This document shows, one piece after another, positions 27,401 to 33,311 of a stretch of DNA of 53,556 bases. Within the stretch, counting starts at the first letter, position 1. The number at the start of each line of letters is the position of its first letter. The DNA comes from a virus (Duplodnaviria > Caudoviricetes), in the IMG/VR virus record IMGVR_UViG_3300048838_000256, positions 1 to 53,556 of that record; one strand, 5' to 3'. The translations under genes and the position numbers were made by a program. The notes under the pieces were generated by a model. That model had not been told where the DNA came from. It made no database searches and worked only from the letters and a program-made list of their open reading frames with translations.

Positions 27401-30048
27401 GGGTCGACCTCGACGATCTCGTGCTCGATGCCGCGGGCCTTGAGGAAGTTGACCATCGCGCCGCGGTCGGCCATCTTGACCTGCGGCATCTGCGAGCGCG
27501 GGATGCCCAGCGTGCCGGACTCGGGAGCGAACCCGACCCAGTCGGGCCCGGTGGGGTCGTTCGCGGCCGTCGGCGCTGCCGTCGGCGCGGCGGGTTCCTG
27601 CACCTGGCGCAGCGCGCCATCGAGCAGCGCGCCGACGGTGGGCGCCTGGTCGCCGCCCAGCAGCGACGCCTGCGCCGGGTCGCCGGCAGCGTCCAGCGCG
27701 TCGGCGTAGGCCGTCAGCAGGTCGGCGATCCGGCGCGGCCGGCGCGCATTCTCGGCCATGAAGCCCAGCAGCTTGGCCGCCTCGGGGCTGCGGCCCTGGC
27801 CGTCGATCGCCTGCTGCCCCAGCGCCTCGCCGACGGACTGGCCGGACTGGCGCAGCCGCTCGAGCTCGCCCGCGGCCTCGACCAGGGCCGGCGTGATGTC
27901 GGCCGGGTGGCGGCGGCCAGCCTCGGCAAGCGCCTTGACCTGCGCGACGCGCGGCGCGGCCATGACCAGCGCGCGGGCGATGTTCCGGCCGGTGTCGTCC
28001 ATCGACTCCACGAGGCGGGTGAGCACGGGCGAGTCGCCGTAGGCCTTGGCCAGCACGGCGTTGCGCACGCGGGCGTAGCCGGCCGCCGACAGGCCGCCGT
28101 CGGCGTCGATGGCCGCGCCGCGCTCGGTCTGCGGCAGCGTGCCGACGAAGCGGCGGATGAAGTCGCGGGAGTTGGTGAACTCGCCGGTGTCGGTCGGGTT
28201 CAGGTCGTCCAGCGTGTCGATGCGCGCGGCGTCGGACAGGGCCTGCTCCCGCGGCGACATGGCGGCCACGGTCGGCGCGTTGGCCTGACGGGCGAACTCG
28301 GCGCGATTCACCGGCGTGGAGCGCACGCGCACGAGCACGGGATTGCGCATGCCCTCGATCTGCTCGGCGGCCAGGCCGAACCGGTCGGCGTTCTCCGACA
28401 GCCACGTGCGGTACTGCTGGGCCTTCAGGCCGTTGGCGGCGTAGACGCGGCGCAGCGCGATGGTGCGCGCGTTGCCGGATTCCACCAGGCCATCGGCGCC
28501 GATGATCGGCGCGCCGTCGGCAGCCGTGGCCGACTCGCCCAGGCGAGCCGGGTCCAGCCGGCCGACGATGCTCTGGATCTGGGTCGCACTCGCAGCGCGG
28601 TCGCGCTGGCGCGGCTGCAGGGACTGCGGGTAGGCCGGGTTCGGGCGCAGGTTCGTGTCGTGCGACGGCTGCATGTCTTCGGCCTCGACCAGGGCGTACT
28701 GGCCCTCCAGGCTCGCGCCGGCCTCGGTGGAGAAAGTGGTCGGCGCACCGGGCACCAGGGCGGGCCAGTCCTTCGACAGGGCGGCGCGCTCAGCCTGCAG
28801 CGCGGCGGTGTCCGCGCCGGCCGGCGCGGCGGAGATCTCGGCGTCGATTGCCTGCACGCGGTCGAGCGCCGTCAGGTCGGCGGGCGGCGCCTGCAGCGCC
28901 GCGGTGGCGGCGTCGGCGGCGGCCGGCTCGTTGTCGGGGACGGCGTCGCGGGGCGCCGACCCGGTCGCGGCCGGCGTTGGATCCGCGGCGGCGGCGGCCG
29001 GCTGGCCTTCGGCCTTGCTGGCGCGCAGCGCGTCGACGCCCGACGAGTAGGCGCTCATGCCGCCGCCCATGCCGGCGCCCGCCACCATGCCCTGCGCCGC
29101 CGCCTCGGCGACGCCATCGTCCCACGGCTTGCCCAGCGCCAGGTTCTGCCACACCTGCTCTTGCGCGGACTGCGGCAGTTCCTCTAGCACGCCTTCCTTG
29201 AACGTGTCTTTCGCCAGCGCCTTCGCGGCCTCCTTGACGGTCGCGCCGGCACCGCCGGCGGCGCCCATCCCCGCGGTCGCGGCCTTGGCCTCGACGTCCC
29301 GGAACCCGGGGATCTTCGAGGTCAGGAACCCGATGCCGGCCGTCGTCGCGCCGGCCGCGAGCGCGTGGCCGGCCGTGTCGGTGTAGTCGCGGCCGGCCTG
29401 GCGGCCCGACTCTTGGATCGAGCCGGCCGTCATGGCGCCCTCGGCTCCAGAGCTGGCCGCCGTCAGCTTGGCGACCACGGACGGCTGCGACAGGAACTTG
29501 GCCGCGGCCTCGGTGCCGGGGGCGATGCCGCGCGACGCCAGCATGCGCATCGCCAGGCCGCGCGCCGCGGCAGCGCTGCCCAGCATCAGCGGCGCCGACT
29601 CGACGACCGAGCCGAAGGCGGCGGACGGATTGCTTGCCAGAGCCAGGGTCGTGTCCCAGAACCCCTTGGCGTCCTGCACCGCCTTGTTGGCGGCCTTGCG
29701 GCTGTCGCTGTAGCCCTCCGACAGCGCCTGCTTCGTGCGCTCCGGGTCGTAGCCGACAGCGCCGAGGCCCTTGCCGACGAGGTTGCCGGTCGCAAGGTCG
29801 GCCAGGCCGACGACAGACTCGCCCAGGCCGACGACACCCTTGCCGGCGTCGATCGCCGTGTCGGTCGCCAGTTCGCTCCACGTGCGCTCGGGGGCGTCGA
29901 CCGGCTCGGCCGCGGTCGCGACGGGGGGCGCGGCCGGTGCCATCAGCGGGACGAAGCGGCCGGCTGCGGTCGGCGGTTGCGCCTGCAGGCCGTCAGCAGG
30001 GGCGGGGGCTTGCGGACGCTGCCCTGGCGTCAGAGGGACGAACGGCAT
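15442..30048 (-). CDS. darB: Giant DarB-like polyvalent virion-injected protein (4868 aa)
   Basis: ddrB-ParB (~28710-28270: LQPR.R, GAPI, VESGNAR); ParB-like (~27515-27180: LKPTQ, IDGHHRW); RelA/SpoT-like (~26620-26090); N6-MTase (LEPGGGKG, GNPPF); SF2 helicase (AHAVGSGKT, DEAH, QREGR..RQGN); ART-PolyVal (~20150-19620); JAB/RadC (HNHPAG..PS.AD); LPD38-like C-terminus. Confidence 0.93.
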   Translation of the reverse strand: MPFVPLTPGQRPQAPAPADGLQAQPPTAAGRFVPLMAPAAPPVATAAEPVDAPERTWSELATDTAIDAGKGVVGLGESVVGLADLATGNLVGKGLGAVGYDPERTKQALSEGYSDSRKAANKAVQDAKGFWDTTLALASNPSAAFGSVVESAPLMLGSAAAARGLAMRMLASRGIAPGTEAAAKFLSQPSVVAKLTAASSGAEGAMTAGSIQESGRQAGRDYTDTAGHALAAGATTAGIGFLTSKIPGFRDVEAKAATAGMGAAGGAGATVKEAAKALAKDTFKEGVLEELPQSAQEQVWQNLALGKPWDDGVAEAAAQGMVAGAGMGGGMSAYSSGVDALRASKAEGQPAAAAADPTPAATGSAPRDAVPDNEPAAADAATAALQAPPADLTALDRVQAIDAEISAAPAGADTAALQAERAALSKDWPALVPGAPTTFSTEAGASLEGQYALVEAEDMQPSHDTNLRPNPAYPQSLQPRQRDRAASATQIQSIVGRLDPARLGESATAADGAPIIGADGLVESGNARTIALRRVYAANGLKAQQYRTWLSENADRFGLAAEQIEGMRNPVLVRVRSTPVNRAEFARQANAPTVAAMSPREQALSDAARIDTLDDLNPTDTGEFTNSRDFIRRFVGTLPQTERGAAIDADGGLSAAGYARVRNAVLAKAYGDSPVLTRLVESMDDTGRNIARALVMAAPRVAQVKALAEAGRRHPADITPALVEAAGELERLRQSGQSVGEALGQQAIDGQGRSPEAAKLLGFMAENARRPRRIADLLTAYADALDAAGDPAQASLLGGDQAPTVGALLDGALRQVQEPAAPTAAPTAANDPTGPDWVGFAPESGTLGIPRSQMPQVKMADRGAMVNFLKARGIEHEIVEVDPASLKPTQAEFSRKKTKRAMEAAGDTATALVSADGYVIDGHHRWLAQRVKGDTLRALRFNAPAEQVLEAIHAFPSTTTSGESAADPRRAAVQDFKDALADLGDFLTRHQRAALVGEKAPDLQKILVNLCEKGIKLIGTDLKRLTAWVRQQLKADPKTRKHWNKVSTEQYRQAAQEALRKVEQGGAQRGLFDDEAAATDAVQGDLFAGAPAAQPAAPAPSASLMQITDFKEAEHLPADAIAQAKADVQRLQTGDAPKQTITAEERAQAEALMAPMLQTANDQKPVFDDKVAEIARVSGAIGYLLAPIKSIGRSAEKLVLDNGMQADKMRDLLRSTIVVSSYADAQRVLDTIYKRFEVSPGRVKNRTPASLKAPDLTGDPGLLGSGYGDVLVNVKIGGIEAEILINIPEMIAAKEGQGHKLYDIERVMPAGSDAALEVIAAQRVFYGAASAAASLRQEASDKGIASEDGGQRRALTSSPPTRLKGPSDGISTASMPESDSKNLEPSGNLSGTFTSSPPSDSILSQNSATSDNRDNEGGRDGTDPADGNAGQGPAGAGAEVPGGSGRQGRAAGVPAGGRGPGQPGRGDGVGAGELAGDGQGAAVPAEGASDEQRGPERPRGRARAGGGEPAGRTIRPKSGLNYRFTDADISPPGSWAKRAEWNVEAVELVKALAAENRKATREEQATLAKFVGWGASEIANNLFGDKLNKVKAMLPAFDRALAAVDKAGGTLRRDRWARYGGTPDGWFDAFEVLRKADPKLSWNDLTEITADQVKKAGPAPAMRRWLALRDRLKAALTPEEWAEASRSTQYGHYTSAPIVRGMWGALERFGFKGGLVLEPGGGKGNFPGLMPENLAANTAYTGIEYDSITGAILGHLFPDENVRVESFMDSKLPKDFYDVGIGNPPFAGFAVLSDPEYRRRAFKLHDYFFAKTLDRVRPGGLLMFVTSRFTMDKQDDSARAFMAERADLLGAIRLPQTAFKDNAGTEVVTDVLFLRKKVPGETFDAGQAWAGTKPVFDADGKPLMVSGGVDEDGKALPDVQATVNEYFDAHPDMVLGAHAATGSMRAAREYTVTAPAGDIGDLFRAAVERMPADVFAPPAGSAAQAAQVRDVDFNPKARKEGGFYLSDAGVLMQREGGLGQAVVEKPKRAAKAVEGKTRDDIVLLTDYVPLRDALKQAQHDQLNGGDWEASLKALQAAYAAFTKKHGLLNQSTVQRRKVAVEVEQVDADGNVVEDEDGNPVMVKEQDEVETRVYPLLNRLADDPDYTLVAALEDVNEETGDVKPGKSLSERVLGGKPEPTIAAPHDAMMTTLADLGRIDMPEIAARLDITETEAAEALGAAVYQNPQGQAWETADAYLSGNVKLKLAEAREAAKGDRRYERNVAALEAVQPPGRSPADVNIRMGMNWIPSDVYEQFLRETAEVDARVSFNETTRKWSIRYKERVAGNRPTKATTDWGTYDRHAGELLDHALTGRKVKVYKTVGSGKDATKQLDKAATEAAAAKLNALHDEFASWVWRDAERTTRLIGLYNDKFNTTIGRAFDGRHLTMPGSSRLIDVFDHVKRGAWRIIQSGNTYLAHAVGSGKTWAAVISAMEQRRLGLIKKPIFVVPNHMLGQWQREWLQLYPAAKLMVADEANFTGDNRRRFIARAALNDLDGIIITHDAFKKLDLDPAFKTRMMTEQIVELRAAIEQQVADDEAETGKKKGSQTVKRMEARLQRLEEKLAATMLGEGKDKSVRLDEMGVDMMYVDEAHVARKLDINTSRQVKGITTEGSQLSMSMYWASRYLDEKNPGRSLVMLSGTPLTNTMGEMYTVQRFLGRQQMEAAGIEDFDSWAAQFGRESTSLEANAAGKYEQVTRFKKFVNVGELTTMFREFADVLTADTLAQFLGDKRPKVRGGARRIVVTPLTRDYRAYREVLAQRYKDSRDWKPSFWGESNPDPIIKIIGDGRLAAIDMRFVYPDAPSDPGSKLNQMVDGLIQQFKASADMEFTDKAGKVEPHKGATMMVFADLGFGAGAARNRGFDARAWVDKRLRDAGVPASQVAWMSDYKKSADKVKLYRDMNSGKVRVMIGSSKNMGTGVNAQQRLLHLFHLDTPWFPADVEQREGRIVRQGNKNPTVNIHAYAAKGTYDEQMWGLVASKQRFIDQALSGDPNLREIDDLSEASMAEQAAGMLAEDPRVLQLAGKRADAERLDRLYQAHETQKQRFREQLQKAELEIAASRALLPKAVEAASKVVDLSGDNFRAEAGGKGYVKRADWAQALKARAKDLSSAVQPSQTIGSISGFPVRFVSWKHGTDYGWQVDIQTGGRWDTTLFRDLNDDDVGIARRAGYAVAEVAKAPTTLRDRISQLEAEIDALRPRVNAEWPMVGMLASLRREITDLERAIAAGPEATDAEIEEAMTLAATGMMSPEMLARDPGARYGDQTDTPAFKRWFGGSKVVDAEGRPLVVYHGTPNGGFSQFDAKSGAFFTNSQALASEYTMQRGMWRSPGKRPQVVEAYLSMQNPLVIDALGKRNDNIPVPWQEWKPKVFGNLPSNAVSVQGALQWAREHGHDGMIVRNVVDSASTDGKAKGDVYAVLRPEQIKSAIGNRGTFDPADANITRDPEPTYGGKTLAQDLEAQEDWLQAEAKARGFKDVDALLADKPDVFDRLAAKWRAKHPIDDNALMAAQGRRAFKNGAQADLFNTQLDLFAAARPDESQAGPAVEAARGAAADALRVLRRTDTILGRALSSGLAARQRVSLVGQVASTPQQLATLAQVYRDPRFETFRAFFTDGTGRIVAQVGITSRLPGSTAVIVGNNYFAYMERLMRTAAAQGAKRMWLMHNHPAGVATPSRADERVTEDFARYAEQISRAGTQMGGTNPVDMRFMGHVVIDTNQYATIDSNGISLLESKDFGAAEPFEGGGEFAGTQIGSPADVMNVARRLQVDDGSVTLMALSHQNRVHSITTVPADALSIMDGKTAADKRARVAAATATLRRLALANTASKFVAVGRDRLVMEALQTYGLTLDAIHVGADGAAVSMVERLRVSSGEVLPQSRRTRVTADTSPAFDYLRAESLPAKVRPRIAAEPGATYNPAAADVAARAEAIIQASASTPRPLDAAFRIASKVTGLDRVASVAYGLGGRLLDRLVPEVVKAGTVSDYGIPQAVLDRRGEFQGSLRGQLLSAGTLVDKLATLTRAESRVAYEWMSGEDTRTADELMKELPAESVKVLHEVRNLIDKLSEEAVKLGQLDPEARDRHRFAYLRRSYFKHAADLTTAEKQTRGRAIAILGEQYKGRGMVRQASMKQIQTAAPEWWKRKDVAGKADTSLKGENFIRFERRAPAGEGVEALPGVESERRPGRLLEVNFWPAGEPRPAKYADWENAGTWEAVDTKGADVVMWRDFTKDERVRMGEIDEARYAIARTLRGMVHDVEVGKYLQWLAQTQAKKPGEDLGGPVVEASERYKDTFKPSEWVRVPDTKIPGTGVPRYGDLAGRYLPGPIWNDVRQIGNRPMPFGQTYQTILTAWKTAKTALSPAVHMNNIMSNVVMADWHDVTAGHVAKSMQILLAAHQGQGKGMIGAVGNLAGKTIGAADREAAREILQRYEASGGSIGGWVSQEIAQDTMDGIRDLLRAEVNAAAAATGRGQVGAYAALQAMLHGQFPAAFEALRGSKPVEKVVQDGKNLIDLYQAEDDVFRLAAWLRAKEGGASDSEAGKIARRSFLDYSINAPWVANMRASFWPFISYTYRAVPMLLEIAGKRPHKLLKLMAMAGALNAIGVMLAGGGDDDEERARKLLPDEKAGKVWGIVPKLIRMPWNDEHGSPVYLDIRRWIPVGDVLDVGQGNAAIPVPPALLPGGPLAVVGEIVANKSMFTGKEISNRDTDTVTEQAKKAADHLWKAAMPNIVGVPGTYATEGVVGSMTGRTDAFGREMSPTQALASSVGVKLGSYPEDVLRRNAAARAMAVQSDLDREAAQIKRQFATGRIDEDERDEKLRVIVEKKRKLAEELREKLN
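19182..19391 (-). CDS. Overprinted out-of-frame ORF (69 aa) inside the giant gene
   Basis: GC3 bias shifts from the giant frame to this frame (CTC GAC CTG ACG AAA GCC AGG CAG GAC CGG CTG TCG AAG CGG CTC GCG GAG CAG CTG); no clear SD. Confidence 0.45.
   Translation of the reverse strand: MAHKPTSSTPSSTCSQPLDLTKARQDRLSKRLAEQLRTHSAYFDEPTPYLVEPCRVVSLPGSGSASSGK
25488..25790 (-). CDS. Nested out-of-frame gene, TnpV-like helical protein (100 aa)
   Basis: GAAGGAGG SD 5 nt before ATG; natural helical composition while the giant frame here is Gly/Arg/Ala/Pro low-complexity; pattern L.E..P....L...G....YL...VQ.MNN....ARE..L. Confidence 0.8.
   Translation of the reverse strand: MALTLLMETLDKALQERAPKFREDLAAKGERLAYLRGVADPVNQAAVTASARANSQATAKGLPYLQKVQAMNNADQSAREVALAQAVESLPDERSAPSQG
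25868..26074 (+). CDS. Nested antisense gene (68 aa), candidate immunity/antitoxin for the RelA/SpoT-like domain
   Basis: AAGGAGGTGA SD (25854-25863) before GTG 25868; TAAAAT at 25840; giant frame here is Ser/Pro/Thr-rich as expected for an antisense reading. Confidence 0.75.
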   Translation: MKVPDRFPEGSKFFESDSGMLAVLIPSEGPFNLVGGELVKARRWPPSSEAMPLSEASWRKLAAAEAAP

Positions 30049-30076
30049 GGCGGGGCACCGAAGAAACGATTCCCGT

Positions 30077-30091
30077 AGGCTGCCATGCTTG
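30077..30091 (-). promoter_or_regulatory. Late-promoter motif CAAGCATGGCAnnnT (copy upstream of the giant gene)
   Basis: One of five same-strand copies (30077, 32846, 43155, 44415, 53328), each shortly upstream of a structural gene start. Confidence 0.7.
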
Positions 30092-30093
30092 GC

Positions 30094-31569
30094 CTACTGC
30101 GCCTTGCCGATCTGCCCGCCCACGCGCACGAACTCGCCGGCCTTGACCTGGCCGGCCTTGAGCGCTGCGTCGAGCGCGGCTTCGGTCTGGAACTCGGGCA
30201 GGCTCTTGAACACCAGCAAGCCCTGGTTCGTGTCGTTGATCCCGGCCGCGCGCATGAACTGGAAGAACTCGGCTTCGCGGGCCGGGTTGCGGTTGACCAT
30301 CTGGCGGCCGGTCATGGGGTCCGTGATCGGCTTGCCGCCGCGGTCGACGGCCGGATCGCCCAGCAGCGACGTGACATCGCCGCCTTCGACCTTGGCCGCG
30401 GTGGGCTTGGGCGGGTTCGTGGCCGCCTTGAAGCCCTGCAGCGCGGTCGCGGCCTGCTGGCGCGCGTCGGGCGTAGCGCCGGGGTCCAGCAGCGTGCCCT
30501 GCAGCGTCGCCAGTTGACCGGCGACGGCGCGGCCGGGCGCACCGGCCTGGTGGACCTCCTGCGCGCGCCCCTCGGCAGCTGCGGCCCGCCCCTCGGCTGC
30601 GCTGGCTCGCCGGTCGGCACGGGCCCGCATGTTGCGGTCGAACTCTCCCTGCGACCACTGATACAGCGCCATCGGATCGCGGAAGGTGTTGAGCGCCGCC
30701 AGCAGCTGCCCGGTGTCCTGCATGGTCTGGTCGGGCATCGGCCGGCCGTCGGCCGCCTCGCGCTTGATGACGACGCCGCCGCCCTTGGTCGGCTGGACGT
30801 CGGTCACGCGAGCCCCGTCGGGGATGAAGCGGTTGTAGAACTCGCGCACGCCATCGAAGTTGCCGTTCGCCAGCTGCGCGGCAGCCTGCGCGGCGGCGTC
30901 GGTGCGCTGGGCCGTTTCCATGTGGATCTTCGCCAGCGCGCCGGCCTGGTACTTCTGGATCGCCTCGCCCGCGGCATCGACCCGGCCGGCCTCGACCAGC
31001 TTGCTGGCGCGGTACTGCGCGGCGGCCAGGTGATCGTCGATCGAAGCCTCGCGCTTGCTGCCATCCTGGCCGGACAGGCGGGCCTCGAACCACTTGCCGA
31101 CATCGGCGTCCAGCGCCTTGGCTGCAGTGGCGTCGGACTCGGCCTTCGCCGCGGCGCGCTCGCCACGCTCAAGGCTCGCCACCTGCAGCGGGCGGATCTT
31201 CTGCACATGGGCGCGGTCTTCGGCCGCCGCCGCCTGCGCGTCGGCCGCGCCACGGATGCGCAGCGCGCGCTCCGGGTCGCCGTACTTGTCGTACACCCCG
31301 GCCATCGCCATCATGCGCGCCTTCGACTGCTGCGCGTCGTCAGGCGCCTTGTCGTAGGTCTTGCCCAGGTAGGTGTACTGCTTCGTCGGCTCGGCCCCCT
31401 CGGGGTCGGCCACCATCGAGGCGTCGGGGACCGGACCGACCTGCTCGCCCACCTTGGACCGCGCGATCTCGCGCAGGTCGCGGTCCTGCATCACGCGGCC
31501 GATGGTGTCGTAGGTCGCCGAAAAGCCATCCAACAACGAAGCCACCGAGCGAAGATTAATCTTTGCCAT
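30094..31569 (-). CDS. Putative internal virion/ejection protein
   Basis: Ala/Gln-rich helical protein directly upstream of the giant gene; GAGGTG SD. Confidence 0.7.
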   Translation of the reverse strand: MAKINLRSVASLLDGFSATYDTIGRVMQDRDLREIARSKVGEQVGPVPDASMVADPEGAEPTKQYTYLGKTYDKAPDDAQQSKARMMAMAGVYDKYGDPERALRIRGAADAQAAAAEDRAHVQKIRPLQVASLERGERAAAKAESDATAAKALDADVGKWFEARLSGQDGSKREASIDDHLAAAQYRASKLVEAGRVDAAGEAIQKYQAGALAKIHMETAQRTDAAAQAAAQLANGNFDGVREFYNRFIPDGARVTDVQPTKGGGVVIKREAADGRPMPDQTMQDTGQLLAALNTFRDPMALYQWSQGEFDRNMRARADRRASAAEGRAAAAEGRAQEVHQAGAPGRAVAGQLATLQGTLLDPGATPDARQQAATALQGFKAATNPPKPTAAKVEGGDVTSLLGDPAVDRGGKPITDPMTGRQMVNRNPAREAEFFQFMRAAGINDTNQGLLVFKSLPEFQTEAALDAALKAGQVKAGEFVRVGGQIGKAQ

Positions 31570-31577
31570 CGTTCACC

Positions 31578-31781
31578 TCAACACAGGAAACCGCGCTCGC
31601 GCATGAACTCTTCAGGCAACTTGTCGCTCTTTGATCGGTTGCATGGAGGGCACAGCAACTGCAGGTTTTTTGTCGAGTGCGGGCCGCCCTTTGCCAATGG
31701 CAAAACATGATCGACATGCTTTCCCAACTTCGACAGAAGCCCGCCGCATTCAACGCACATCTTGCTGTACCCGGCCATCAC
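31578..31781 (-). CDS. Minimal HNH endonuclease domain (67 aa)
   Basis: CVECG...HVDHVLPLAKGG.H...NLQLLCPPCNRSKSDK; lower GC. Confidence 0.8.
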   Translation of the reverse strand: MMAGYSKMCVECGGLLSKLGKHVDHVLPLAKGGPHSTKNLQLLCPPCNRSKSDKLPEEFMRERGFLC

Positions 31782-32824
31782 AGCATCCCGTAGTTGACGA
31801 CCTTGTAGCCGTCGTGGCTAAACCCGATCGCCTCGGGCAACACGGCCTGGAGCTCGTCGATCATCACGCCGACCTGCTCGCCTGCGCCCCAGCGCGCGCG
31901 GTACGGCTTGCGGTAGCGGAACCTGTAGATGCCCACGCCGAGTTCCGGGTGCGTGCCGACGCGCTCGATGTCCTGCTTCGCGCTGCGCTCAGAAGCTGCG
32001 TACAACCGCGCCGCGCCGCCCAGCAGCGAGCCGATGCCGCCCAGGTCGGTGCCGGCCGCCTGGTCGGCACCGACCTTGTAGTTCGCCTGCGCGCCCCACA
32101 TGCCGGTTGCGTTGCCGCCCATGCTGCCAGCCATGCCGCCCGCGGCCTGCGCCGCCCCCGTCATCGCGCCGTAGCCGGCGTTGATGCCGCCCGCGCCCGC
32201 GTTCGCCACGTTGATCTGGTTGCCGCCGATGCCGGCGCCCTGCCCGGTCACGCCGATGGCTGCCGCGGGGTAGCCGGCCAGCGCGTTTGAAGCGCGGTCG
32301 ACCAGCATGCGGCCCTCGTTGCGGGCGACCATGCGCGCGTCGTTGGCGGCTGCCACGCCCACCCGGGCGGCGTCGATGCCCGACTTGCGCATCGCGGCGC
32401 CAGCGCGGCCGGAGTTCGGCGCCACGCCCATCGACGCCATGTAGCGGCCGGCCGCGGATCGGCTGTCGGCGACAGCCTGGCCCACGTCCGCCTGCGCGGC
32501 CGACGCGCGGCGCGTCTGCTCGGCGCCGACATCGAACGCGCCGGCCTCGCCGATCATCCTGTCCTGCAGGCCCGTCAGCGAACCGCGGCGGTTCAGCATC
32601 CAGGAGCGGTCGGACTGGCTCTGGCCGAACGCGGTCTTGTTCGCGTCGAGCGAGAACTGCATGGAGTCGCGCTGGATGTCGCGCAGCGGCGCGTTGTCCG
32701 CCTGCTGCTGTTCCATGAGGTCCATGACCTGCTGGATGGCCTGGTCCTGATAGCCCATCGACCGGATTTGAGCCTCGACGAGGCGAGGGTCCGGCGCCGG
32801 GACTTTGCTTGACTTCTTGCCCAT
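31778..32824 (-). CDS. Putative ejection/pilot protein with C-terminal S74-like chaperone domain
   Basis: MGKKSSKVPAPDP N-terminus, Gly/Ala/Met-rich core, SERSAKQDI..GIYRFRY..GVM..E...PEA..GY..VNY; AAGGAG SD. Confidence 0.75.
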   Translation of the reverse strand: MGKKSSKVPAPDPRLVEAQIRSMGYQDQAIQQVMDLMEQQQADNAPLRDIQRDSMQFSLDANKTAFGQSQSDRSWMLNRRGSLTGLQDRMIGEAGAFDVGAEQTRRASAAQADVGQAVADSRSAAGRYMASMGVAPNSGRAGAAMRKSGIDAARVGVAAANDARMVARNEGRMLVDRASNALAGYPAAAIGVTGQGAGIGGNQINVANAGAGGINAGYGAMTGAAQAAGGMAGSMGGNATGMWGAQANYKVGADQAAGTDLGGIGSLLGGAARLYAASERSAKQDIERVGTHPELGVGIYRFRYRKPYRARWGAGEQVGVMIDELQAVLPEAIGFSHDGYKVVNYGML

Positions 32825-32843
32825 GCTCGATCGCTCCTTGCCC

Positions 32844-33311
32844 CTAGGCTGCCATGCTTGCCGGCGCCCGCCAGCGCAGGGGCCAGCAGTCCTCGCGCCG
32901 CATGACGTAGATGAGCACGTCGCCGCCGTCGCTGGCCGCACCCGCGAGCGTGGCCTCGTGCTTGAAGCCCAGATGCTCGTCCAGCCGGCGCGCAGCCATG
33001 TTGCTTGCCTCGACCCACCCGGTCAGCCGCTGCAGGCCGAGCTCGTCGAACGGGTAGGTGAAGCAGTAGCGCACGAACTCACGCGTGAGCCGCGTGTTGG
33101 GGGCGATGGCGGTGTGCATCCACGCGTTGACGCCGTTCATGTTCTCGTAGATCACGCCGGCCTGCAGCGTGCCGCCTGGTGCGTCCAGCTGGCCGATCCC
33201 TTTGGCGGTGTGCGACAGCGGGATGCCGGTCTGCGCCGAGACGAACTCCCACACGCGCATGACGTCACACGTCAGCCGGTCGGCCCATGCTGGGCGGCTG
33301 GCGGCTTCCAT
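32844..33311 (-). CDS. GNAT-fold acetyltransferase-like virion assembly protein
   Basis: YPF.ELG..RLTG.V..SN..A.RL.EHLGF..E..L. Confidence 0.8.
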   Translation of the reverse strand: MEAASRPAWADRLTCDVMRVWEFVSAQTGIPLSHTAKGIGQLDAPGGTLQAGVIYENMNGVNAWMHTAIAPNTRLTREFVRYCFTYPFDELGLQRLTGWVEASNMAARRLDEHLGFKHEATLAGAASDGGDVLIYVMRREDCWPLRWRAPASMAA

